DNA of 64,000 nt. Origin: Heteronotia binoei. Lineage: Eukaryota. The notes under the pieces are model-generated. The model saw nothing but the letters and a program-made list of their open reading frames with translations. It had not been told where the DNA came from and searched no databases. Positions within the stretch are counted from its first letter, which is position 1. Each line of letters starts with the position of its first letter. The stretch spans positions 49,848,001 through 49,912,000 of the forward strand of contig NC_083237.1 in assembly GCF_032191835.1 (NCBI RefSeq), in the 5' to 3' direction. A program made the translations under genes and the position numbers. Below are positions 23,048 through 34,330 of this stretch, piece after piece.

Positions 23048-23120
23048 GCGCAATCCTATGCGGCCGGTCCGTTGAAATGAATGGGTTTAAACCGAAATGA
23101 CACCTCGTAGGATCGCGCTG
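23048..23120. mobile_element. short palindromic repeat (GCGCAATCCT..AGGATTGCGC family)
   Basis: gcgcaatcctatgc ... gtaggatcgcgc ends with central gttgaaatgaatggg. Related copy at 12671-12734. Confidence 0.55.
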
Positions 23121-24608
23121 TAACTCTCTGTATTCATATCAGCAAGCTGCCTGCCAATACAAACGGCCTGTCTTTTGCTTCTTTCCTTTCCTCGCCTCTC
23201 ACGACCACCTCAGCACGTTTACTTGGAAGTTAGCCCTGCTGGCCTCAGCGCTCTACCCATCCGTCGGCTCCAGAGGAGATTATTGTAACTGTGGTGGGGC
23301 AGTTCTGTCCCCGTTCTTATTTTTATAGCGTTTCTTTTAAATTTTATTTCAAAATCTTGACTCAAGGGGGTTAACCCCCCCCCTCCAATTTCTGTCGTCC
23401 ATCGATCCACCCATCCTCCCTTCATTCCAGTGTCCATCTTCCTCCCTCTTTTTCTACCCATCCTTCATCCATCTCAGCTCTGTTTTGCTACCTACCTACA
23501 TAATGCCCTCGCAGGCAACGTAGACAAGGGAACAATATCCACCATCTCCTCCCTTAAGAGAAGAGCACGTCAAGAAAAGTGCGATTCTGAAGCTGCCTCT
23601 CTTTATTTACTTTGTGATAAGAAATGCCAAGAAGAGCATCATTCAGTAGATGTCCTCCAGCTGCCCACTTTTGGAAGGTATCTGCCCTTCTAAGGGTATA
23701 GCAGAACATACCCCACCCCCTCGGCCATACTGCAAAATCCAGCCTCAGCGCCTTGCTGGGGACACCAACGGAGTCTCTCTCTTTATAGCCCGGAGGCAAC
23801 CGAGGGCTGAGTCTGGTTAAAGCCTCTTCGGACACTTCCTCTTCTGCCGAAAAGAAAGGAATCCACAAGGTTTCGAGGGAGGAAAGCCCGATTTTACGAG
23901 GGGGCATCGTGGAGTCCTTGACAGAGACAAACACCTCGGTCCACAAGAGCCTTAAGCCGAAAGACATTACTGCGTCGGTACAGCTCTTTGGACTTCCACT
24001 GGACACACCCTGAGGTCCTTAACTATACTTGGCTTGGCAGTAAATGTCTCCCCCCCCCCCCGCGATAAATGGGAATAAACTAGTGTGCGACCCTGTTTTG
24101 GATTGGGATTGTACTCCGCAGCCATTGTCTTGAATAGGTCTCCTCTGGAACAAACGAACAGAGCGGGACCATCGGTTGAAAATCCAAACGTTCCGCTTAA
24201 GGAGACTGGATCTAGAGCATCTCCTCCCCCAAAAAGCTTCGGGAGAAGAGGAGGTGAAGTCAGGCTTTCTCTGAAACGTGCGAGCCCCCCCCCCCTCTTT
24301 TCTTAACATCCTCCTTTTCCACAGGCAGTAAATCCAAGGCTATAAAAATCAAAGAAAGCTAATGTAAGTTTTATTCAACTATTTAACCGTCTCAAGTCTA
24401 ACGCCTTCTGTAAGGAAACAAAAGAGGATCAGTACCGGATTGGACATTTTACAACGGTAGTAAAATTAAAGTGCGTGTATACGGCGGGGAGGGAAGGAGG
24501 AGAGAGAGAGAGAGAGAGCAAGAGAGAGCGTGTTGATCTCTGAAAGGCAACCCGGTCCTCCCACAGCCCCCCCCCCCCCAAGCTTTCAAAACAAACCGGG
24601 ATATTGCT

Positions 24609-24793
24609 NNNNNNNNNNNNNNNNNNNNNNNNNNNNNNNNNNNNNNNNNNNNNNNNNNNNNNNNNNNNNNNNNNNNNNNNNNNNNNNNNNNNNNNNNNNN
24701 NNNNNNNNNNNNNNNNNNNNNNNNNNNNNNNNNNNNNNNNNNNNNNNNNNNNNNNNNNNNNNNNNNNNNNNNNNNNNNNNNNNNNNNNNNNNN
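24609..24793. other. assembly gap (185 N)
   Basis: Run of N. Confidence 1.
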
Positions 24794-25699
24794 GCACACA
24801 AACACCCATGCACTCAAAAGAACTACGCTTTCAAATCTATACTAACCCATAGAATTAATGCATGCATGCAGATGTGCATGTATATTACCGAGCCAGAATC
24901 ACCTTTACACCAACACAAGTCCCGTGATGTCTTTAAATTATGTGTTCCTCATACAGGGTTTGGGGGAAAACACGATGGAAGCATAGATAACATACATGGA
25001 TATATAATATACATGCAAATACACACCCGGTACAGGCAGGGATACAGAATAGGCATGCGTTCGCGTTCAAATATGTAACACTCAGAGACCTTGCAATATG
25101 CAAACCGGTGACAGTTCATGTTTAAGAAAAGCGCCCAAATTTGGCAGCAGTCCGATGCAAAAAAACAAAAACAAAAAAACAAACACCCACCTCTCTACTA
25201 GAGTTTACAATCCGGAATTTCTCCCCCCGCCACGCCTCACCCTCCACACACACACACCCCCGCTCACCCCCTTCCATGCAAGCCTTCCAGATAAAGATAT
25301 TTCCTGGCCTTCTTTGAGCAAACTTAAAAGTTCACTTTACATTGTCATAATAGGCATTCAGCTAAATGCCCACTTGGAAGGGAAGCCGGTCTAGAATTGC
25401 GGTTTATGGACGGGAGGGGGGGGACAGGCGGGAGGGAAAGAATTCCCCAGAAGAGGATTATAGGAGGCAAAGAGAGGGCAAAACTCAGCATTTCTCTTTC
25501 ATGTTTCAGAAGGTGGTGGGGGGGGGGGACGCGAGAGAGAAATCTATTACCCCCCCGCAGCACCCACCCCCGCGTCTCCTCCCTTGCCCGCCCCCCTGCC
25601 GCCCCCCGCCCCCGTTTTGCACTGTACGTTTCGTGCTTTCTGAACTCCTGAAGCTTTGCTACATCGCATCAACATAACACAATCCATCGTGGATATGGA

Positions 25700-25975
25700 A
25701 TGCAAGAGGGCGGTTTGACAGCCCCGCGCAACCCCCTCCGCCCGGATTGATTTACGCCTGCCCTGACGCTTTATCAGCCTCACGAAAAAAGTTTGACCAA
25801 TCATTTTGCTGGAAGCTCCCAGCCCGGCAGTCCCGACTGTACTTTTTCTTGGCAGGGGAAGTTGAGGCTGGAAGGACGAAAAGGGGGTTAAAGCGGGGAT
25901 CTCGCCTCTCTTTTTTTACAGCTCGCCTCTTCCCCCCCCTCCCTGCACCTACTCACCACCCTTATATACTTTAAT
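25700..25975 (+). promoter_or_regulatory. HOXB9 proximal promoter
   Basis: TGACAG 25716-25721, TGATTTAC 25748-25755, CCAAT 25797-25801 and TATA-like ttatatac ~25962, all upstream of the ATG at 26110. Confidence 0.55.
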
Positions 25976-26109
25976 ATCTCTAGGACCAGCTAGCTCGAGA
26001 TCTGCTCCTGTGTTTTTTGTTTTATTTTATTACTCGCTCCTTTGGTTTCCCCCCCCCCCTTTTCCTTTCCCCACTTCCTTGAACCGGGGGGCTCGTATGA
26101 TGTCCAAGA

Positions 26110-26620
26110 ATGTCCATTTCTGGAACTCTTAGCAATTATTATGTCGACTCCATTATAAGTCATGACAGCGAAGAAACTCCCGCGGCCAAATTCTCGTCGG
26201 GGCAGTATGCAAACTCCAGGCAAACTAGCCACAGTGAGTCCCTCGAATTCCCCTCTTGTAGTTTCCAGCCCAAATCGTCCGTTTTCAGCGCTTCTTGGAC
26301 GCCTCTGACGCCCCACACGGCGACCACCCTTCCTTCGGTCTATCATCCTTACATTCCGCATCAAAACCTCCCAACTTCCGAGAGTAGGTATCTACGGAGC
26401 TGGCTGGACCCAGTGCCCCGAACAGAAAACATAGCCGGGCAGGGACCAGTTAAAACAGAACCGCTGCTGGGACACCCCGGGGAGATTCGTAAACAGGGGA
26501 CACAGGAGTACCATTTAGAAACTTCTGCTGCAAGGGAAGGGATCGCTTCCAATCAAAGGCCCAGCTTCGAGGACAATAAAGTTTGTGAAGGAAGCGAGGA
26601 CAAAAGCAGGCCAGATCAAA
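26110..26620 (+). CDS. HOXB9: homeobox protein Hox-B9, exon 1
   Basis: MSISGTLSNYYVDSIISH..LEFPSCSFQPK..NKVCEGSEDKSRPDQ matches HOXB9. Phase-1 donor A|gtaagt at 26621. Confidence 0.97.
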
Positions 26621-29600
26621 GTAAGTTATAAAAAGTGAGGAAGTAAACAGCGTTTAAAAAAAAAAAACCAACAACGAAGAGGGGGTGTCGTAAAACGGCA
26701 CAATGGGAGAGGGAAGCTTTAAAAAAAATTGCAGGTCTTAAAAAAGAGACCCCCCCTTTTTTTTTACCCTCTGAAACCTAGTGGTGCTATTCTAGGATGG
26801 GGAGGGGGGAGGAGAGGAAATGGACTGGATTGCTCTGTTTGTTTAGATTGTTGTTGGGGTTGTTTTGGGGGGGAGGTGGAAATATATAATGCACCGGAGG
26901 GGGTGGGGGGTGGTGAAAGAGATGTGATGCCACTTTTGCTTGAAGAAGTCCAGGGGACTTCTCTTGTTTGGAGTCAGTTCTTATTTTTATGCGAGGTTGG
27001 GCGAACGAGGAAATACGGAGTCCTTTATGCGTTGTTGGTGTGGGTGTTGCAGAAGCGTTGCTAGAGGGGACTTGGAGAAGGTATTCGTGTGTGTGTGTGT
27101 GTGGGGGGGGGTTGTTTTGTTTCCTTCTCGGTTCCGAGACAGCGGATGGAAAGACGTTCACGTGGAGGAGTGAATGGGGGGCGGGGGGGGGGCTTTGTTG
27201 CTGTGCGCCCTTGTTTACCTGGAAGGACCCCCCAGTTTCTTTCGGATGCCTTCTTCCGTCTTTCTTCGAGTCTCCGTCCGTTGATTGCCTTTCGCTTATG
27301 AAATGCGCCCGACGTGCGTATGAATATTTTAGAGCAACGGCTTGTCTCTCCCCTCCTCCTTTTCTCCAACAAAACAGTAAAAAAAGCGAGTTTAATTGGG
27401 TCTTTTATTTGCTGCGGGGGGGGGGGGGAGAACAGACTGGCAAAGTCTTAAACTTAATCGTGTGGTGCGTTTTGCGACCGGGTAGGCGGCTGGGATCATT
27501 TGGTGTCCCCCCTCCCCAACCCTTGGAGGAAAAAAACCGAGTGAAAATGATTGGAGATGGGGGTGTGGGGGGGAGAGATGCGGAAGCGCCACGAAATATA
27601 ATGCAAAGATGCGCTGCCTCCTCGGGTAAGGGAAGGGAAGCGGGTGCCAGCCGCTTTTCCCGATGGCCTTGAGGAAACCTTCGGTTGTCAGAGCAGAAGG
27701 AGAAGGAAGAACCTCGGTGGAGGAGTTGGTGAGGGGGGGGGGGGGAAGCGTCGCCCTTTTGAAAAAAGCGACCCGGCGGCTGAAAAGCAAAACAAACGGC
27801 ACAATCCCCCGGACAATCGCTCTTTCGGAACTCCGGAAACAGCCGCTCCTGCATCTTCTCCTCCTCTTAAACGCGTCTCTGTCTCTCTCTGTCTCTCTGT
27901 AGTCCTTTCCCCGGATCCAGACCTGCAGTTGGGGAAAGGGGGCGACCTGAACATTCACGAGGCATCGGCTGATTTGTGTCAATTCGGTCCTGGCGGTTTG
28001 CTCTGGGCACAGCGGGAGGGGAAGCGAAAACGCCGCCTTCTGTGTCGGGGCGCTGGGCTGCCTTCTCGGCGGAGGGGCTGAGGGGCCCGGGTGAGAAGAA
28101 CTGGAAGGAGACGTCTCCACCACCCACCCACCCCCGTCCGGCTTAGGTGCCTCTCTCCATCCGCCGCCCCCACCCCCACACACACTCTACGACTTCAGGA
28201 CGGAAGATAGAGAACACAAATCTTGTGGGAGAAAACGGCTCCGTTCCAGAGGATCGAGAAATGCCACTTGGGTGGGGGGCGCTCAGAATAGCTTAGAAGG
28301 CATCCTTGGTTGGAGGCTGCAAAAACCCCAAAAAGAAAGGGGGGGAAAGGAAAAGTCTGTCTCCCTCCCCCCCTCCAGAAAGTCTGCCCCCCAAAGAAGT
28401 GTACGGTGTGTGTTGGGGGGGGCGGGGGGCGGTATTCCTGTTTGTTTGCCCTCAGCGAGCCATTGAGCCCCTGGAAATTCACGCCCTGTTGGAACGTCTT
28501 CATTTGTAAATCTGTGAATTGAGTTTCTGGTCCCACACCCCCCACAAGTATAGCGTGCCAGCCAAACATAACTCTCCCCCCCCCCCTCTTCCTGTTTGGG
28601 GAATAGCGTGAAATGAGAGATAAACTTGTTTTCCTGCGGTAGACGTCATGTTTCCTTGAAGTGCCAAAAAATCACACAAACACGAAGAGTAATAATAATA
28701 ATAAAAAAAGTCAGGGCGGGGGGAGGATGGTTTTTGGTAGAGATGTTGTCCCCCCCCCTCTTCCAAATGCCATTAAAAGATAGGTAGCGGGTATTAATTA
28801 TTAACTGCCTGCCTCTTCTTTAATATTTAATTCTGCCTAGCCGAGCCAGTTTCGTGGAGGAAGCGGCCGGTCGCGCTGGTCAGGCGAGCGAATCGCTCAC
28901 CGCTGGGGTTTGGTTTGGTTTGGTTTCCAAAACCAGAACGCGACTGGCTGAAGACCCGGGGAAATGGATTCTGCTCCGCTGGCCATCCTTACTAGGAGAA
29001 TCCAAGCTTTATAGGGGCTATCTTGCGTGGAGGAAGGCACCCCGGAAGTCCGGCAAAGGTTGGGCTTTCTCCTTTCCCACCGGGTCTCCTTTGTACCAGA
29101 GAAAGCACCGACGCATATCCGCCGCGACCCTGACCCGTTTTTCTTTTTTTAGAGCGCGGCGCAAATGTCTCCAGGCTTTCCTTCGCCAAAGCCCGCTACT
29201 ACCTCCCTTTTACTCCCGAGTAGTCTTATAACGAAGTCAGTGGGTTGTGGATCCCTACGGCAGTTTTTCTTCTGCCTGGTGTATCCGACTACCACCTCCC
29301 CACCCGCAACCGTTCCACCAGCATCACGTTGGGATAGTTTCTCAGAAGGTGGACTGGGGGTCCTTCCTACGCAAGTCTGTCCAGTGGGCTTTCAAGTTTC
29401 CTTAGGATGGCGTCTTGAGATTGCTCTTTGGGGCTGAAACTATCACCGCTGCAGAAAGCGCAGCCCACCTGGTCGTTCCGGAGAGGCCTGGCAGGGAAGC
29501 GCTGAGGGCTCCGGGACATCTCCCCCTGGCTTCTCAAGGGTCTTGCGGTGACACAAGGACCCCATAGATGCCTGAGACTTTTCCGGGCAACAGGGAAACC

Positions 29601-29946
29601 CCCCACCACAGCAGGCGATTTGCTTTCCCCTTGGTAGAGTGGAGATTATATTAAGTTTTTTTTTCCTTTGAGAGAGAGAGAGAAAGAGAAGAGAAGAGAA
29701 GAGAGCGGGAGTGCTAAATTATTCATAGTTTTCTAATGAATTAGTTGGTGCCTACAAGCGGGAAACATAGGCAAGCCATTTGAAAAACCTGCATCTGAGA
29801 AGCAGGGATCCTTTCCTATTAGCACTATGAAAAAACGTGCATAGATTAGAATCAGCTTCTTTTCTTCCTGCCATGAATAATCTCTCCCCCAAAGCTCTAA
29901 ACATCTCCCTTGAATAAGTTTTTCACAAAACATCCAAACTCCTAAA

Positions 29947-29994
29947 AACTTCCTTCCTTCCTTCCTTCCTTCCTTCCTTCCTTCCTTCCTTCCT
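29947..29994. repeat. (CTTC)n microsatellite in the HOXB9 intron
   Basis: Tandem cttc. Confidence 0.9.
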
Positions 29995-30263
29995 GGATGA
30001 TCTGACTTAACTCCGACCTATTGTAGGTAGAAATGTGGTTACTTCCTCTTTACTCCATATTTGCATACCGGCGCACGTGGGGATTCTTCTATAGATGGAT
30101 CCGCTTTGTACAACTTTGCTTTTTTGTCCACCAGGTATTTCACTGTAACCCTCACCCACTTCTGGGTGCAAATCCCCCAGGTCAAAACTTCTTCCTGGTG
30201 GTTGGTTGGCCAATTGCGTGACAGTCTACTGGTACTGACTGGCTTTCATACTCTCTCTTCCAG

Positions 30264-30499
30264 GTAACCCCGCGGCCAACTGGTTACACGCTCGCTCCTC
30301 CCGGAAGAAACGATGTCCCTACACCAAGTATCAGACCTTGGAACTGGAGAAGGAGTTTCTGTTCAATATGTACCTCACCAGAGACCGTAGACACGAAGTG
30401 GCCCGGCTCCTCAACCTGAGCGAAAGACAAGTCAAAATCTGGTTTCAGAATCGAAGGATGAAGATGAAGAAAATGAACAAGGAACAGGGGAAAGAATGA
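30264..30499 (+). CDS. HOXB9: homeobox protein Hox-B9, exon 2 (homeodomain); 248 aa in total
   Basis: Branch point tactgac 30233-30239 and acceptor ttccag. Reads [78 protein letters not shown]. Missing from the ORF track because the frame has no start codon early enough. Confidence 0.97.
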
Positions 30500-33400
30500 A
30501 GGTTCCCTAGCCCGGCCCCCTCCCTCTTATCTCTCCCCAAATTTGGCCCCCACTTAGAAACTTATGTTGTATTTATGGGCAGTGATGGTGCTAATGGTGC
30601 TTGAGGTCGGGTCGGTGCAGGTGGGGAGGGGAGGGGAGCCAAGCAGAAACAGACTGCTTCGTTGGGATGCAAGGGGCTCATAATGATGACACCTGTTCTA
30701 TTCTTTGGGGTCTTCTTTTTTCTTCTTTTGAAACTATTCAGGAAGTCACTGCTATAGCGTGAGGAGTCGCAGCGAAGGGACTGGCAGATGACTGACATTA
30801 GTTTTTTATGTTGATTTCACATGGTTCTCCCAGGGGCTTCTTGGGAGAGTCGTCACTCAGTTATAGTGTACTTCTTCCTCCACCATACCACGCACTGTCC
30901 CAGACTAGCAACTCGGTCCATGCAAAGTTCTCCGAAGCCAAGCCTCTAGGAAGAAACCAAGGGAAACTGTGCTCCACCACTGAGGCTGGGCAGGGTTTCC
31001 CGGGAGATGGTGCCCTGACCTCAAAAGGTTTTCCATATCCCATATCCCTTACAGAGGGACCAGAATAATATAGATCTAATTAGCAGCTGAGCTTGAGCAG
31101 ACGCCCATTGGATTGACCATCCTTCTTAGAGCACCTAAGTCGATTTCCTGATAGCTAGGGGCAGAAGTGCCACTGGTCTTCTAAACACCATCCCTTGCTT
31201 TTAAAAATAAGTCAACATGGGACAGCTGAGTTACTTTCCCCCAGCAGAAATGCATTTACTCAACGCCTCTGAGGCCTTGGCACCAAGCAAAGCGGGGTCC
31301 TCTTATTCTCCCCTTCAGGCTTGTCCAGGAGATCTTAAGATGTCCCATAAACTGGTCCTGACTTCTAAGGGCAAGACAGGACATTTCTCCTCCTCCTCCT
31401 GTTCCCACAAATTAGCAAGAGGGGAGTGAGACTGGAGGAGAGATCACCACCTTTTTCATAGTGACTGAGAAGGTGTGTGTTCCTAGTGTCCAACTATTTA
31501 TGATTTAATGGGAAAAATCAGTTTTCCAGAAACCATACCAGAGTCAGGCATGGTATGAGGATCTTCTCTGGACCTTCTTCCTCCTCCTCCTCTTCTTTTT
31601 TCTTCTTCTTCTTTCTCTTCCTCTTTTTCCTCCTCCTCCTCCTAGGTTTCTGCGGAGAAGTTTTAATACTTGAACGTTCTAGGAATATTTCCGCCTGCGT
31701 CTCAGTGGTTCCTGGAGAACATAGCCATCTTTCATGTTCACACGAAAGCCAAGTTTTGAATGGCATAAAAGGTCTTGATGGCCTTTAGTGGAGGGGGAAG
31801 GCCCCATGTATGTGTGCTAATGTAACAGACAGACATCCTCATTGTTTACAAAAGAATCCTCATTTCAAACTGGGAAGAATGGGGATCCCAACTTTGGAAG
31901 CTCTTTTGGAGTCTCACATATAGATTCGCCTTTCAACTTATACCACATGGGATTCTGTTGTCCTTATGACTGCTTCTATTTAGCCTCCCTCCGCCGCCCC
32001 CCCCTTCATCGGTGGGACTTGGGGGAAAATAGGTAGTTAAGTAACTTAGTACAAAGTGATCATATGTTGTGTTTATTTTTAAAAGGGGGGGATCCGTGTT
32101 CGTGACTGTGCTTTTGTGAACGTTCCGCTAGTTTTTTCTGTGGCTTTTTAGGAATATAAAAATGGGGTCTATACCTGTTAGTTGCAGAACTGGCGGGACA
32201 TAAACATGTATATAATTTATCTCCCTCCCCTTTCCTGTACTTCCACGCTAAAACTACCAGCCTGTTTCTAGAAGTAACACTGTATGTACTGACAATTTTT
32301 TTGTTAACAAAACAAAAGAGGGTGGGGAATAGGACAAGAGATAGATGGATTTTAATGTATCTCTTTCTGGTGATTTCTGGGCAAAGCGGTTCCAACCGAG
32401 AGATCTAATTTCATAGGATGTTGTATAGGATTTTTATACCATTTCTGCCTGAGGACAAGCCGTTATTCTGTCGAGATTTGATAGGCATATTTTGATCCTT
32501 GGAGAAACTGCCTTACCGGTTTTGCAGGATTCTCCGAAGATGGGGAAAAAAAAAATCTTTTAGGATAGACTTCAGTGTAAAATATTCAGGATTTTGTTTT
32601 AAGAAAATTTTAGGAGATTTGATGACTTTCCTCAAAATCAGTGGGGTACTTCCTATCCCGAACAAGATTTCCTTCTTTCTTTCTTTCTTTCTTTTTAGTG
32701 GGATACTAGGAAAACAGCGGACGAAGTGCTTTTTTAAATAGCTTCAAACCTTAATAACTCTAGCGTGTGACTCAAATTTAGTCAAACTTCACCTTGTCTC
32801 ACTATGCCAATTTCTCAAATGGAATTTCCGAGGAAACCTCCTGTCCCCCCCACCCCCCAGTAAAAATAAATATGATTTTAAAAAAAAAATACTGTTGGAA
32901 CAGGCCTTCTCTTGCGTCGTTTGAGGTTGGGGGGATTCTCTGGTTTGTCTTTATTTCGTTACTCGCCGGTGCTCCAATCGGGTGTTCCACCCTCGTGGAG
33001 GGAACAGACAGCACAAACGGGTCTGAGACCTTTCCGAGTCTGACAGCAAATCTCTTCCACTCTCTCTCTAGCCACCGACTTATTCTGACACCGAAGCAGT
33101 GACGACCAGAAGTGTTTAGAAACCACTTTTTTTTTGTATGCTAAAACATGAACTTCAAAGGGGAAAATAGTTAATTTCCTTTAAAAGGGGAGAGGGGATG
33201 AAGAAAACACAAAACCTTCGTTGTTTCTCCTATTCTACAAGATCATAATGTGTTTTTTCCCCCACCCTACAATTGTTTAATGTCTAAGAATAAGAATCGA
33301 TTGTGGGGGAAACCCTTCACCCCACCCGCATCTGGTAGGATTCTGCTGCTCCCAGCTTAACAGAAATCTTTGCAGCTGTGTTCCCTTTTTCTTGGCTAGA

Positions 33401-34244
33401 GTTCATTATTAAAAGTTTTGGAAAGTTTTCTTTTCTTTTCTTGGTGAGAAATTGTTTCTTTTTAACTTTAAAAAGACAAGCTGGGGGGAAAGTCTAAGGA
33501 TTCATTTCTTGTGAGTGTGGGGTTTTTTTTGTTTTCTTTTTGCCTCAGCGTTAAGCTCGGCCGCATCCCGAAACCCATTCAGCAAAACAGAAATAAAAGC
33601 TGCATTCCCGTCTTTTCATTTGTTACCAAAGGAGTCTTTATTCACGGAAAGGACCCTTATAATAAAAGAAGGGGACGGGAAAAAGGAATGGGTAGGTGGA
33701 TGGATGAATTGGAGTGGGGAAATGTTGTGTTTACACCCGGCAAGGAGAGAAACCTACATGGTGGAATCCAGCGACGGTGGAGAAATTGAAACGTCCGTTT
33801 CCCATTTTCAACAGGATGTCGAGTCTGATTCCTCAGCCTGCCCCCTCTCTCTTTAACGCAAAGAATAATGCCCATCATTGCAATATTCAGAAAGCCATCT
33901 TTGAGATCCTGCTTCCAGAGCAATCCTCCTGCACTTTTCGACACAACCTTGTGCTTCAGACAAAAGCTTTCCTTCTGCATTGATTCCCAGGGTCCGGTGT
34001 CGAATTGAGCAGACAGCGCCGGTGTTCTTTAAGGGGAGGGGGGAGAAAATAGTTGGCTCCAGGTTTTTAGGAGAGCCACCTTCGTTCAAAAATCCCCCTT
34101 ACGTGTCTTTCTTTGGGTAAAACCGGGGCAAGGGAGGTGAAGGATGTTTGGATCTTACCGAAGAAGAAGCGGAAGAAAGTAAGTAGCTTGTCATAAAGCA
34201 GATACAGAGAGAGAGAGAGGAGAAGAAGACGAAAACTCCGCGCA

Positions 34245-34330
34245 GTGGGCTGCAATAAAAGAATATGACCGCCATAAAACTTTATAGGGTATAAATTTCT
34301 GAAGGTTAAGGAACTAAGCAACTGTAAAGC
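34245..34330. promoter_or_regulatory. candidate Cdx/posterior-Hox enhancer between HOXB9 and HOXB8
   Basis: Four TTTAT(A/G/T) motifs within 45 bp: caataaa 34253, ccataaa 34272, tttatag 34281, gtataaa 34289. Confidence 0.55.

Noticed and set aside
26968-28183. Long ORFs (234 aa, 263 aa) in the HOXB9 intron
   Set aside because: GC-rich, low-complexity translations with no domain motifs, overlapping on both strands.
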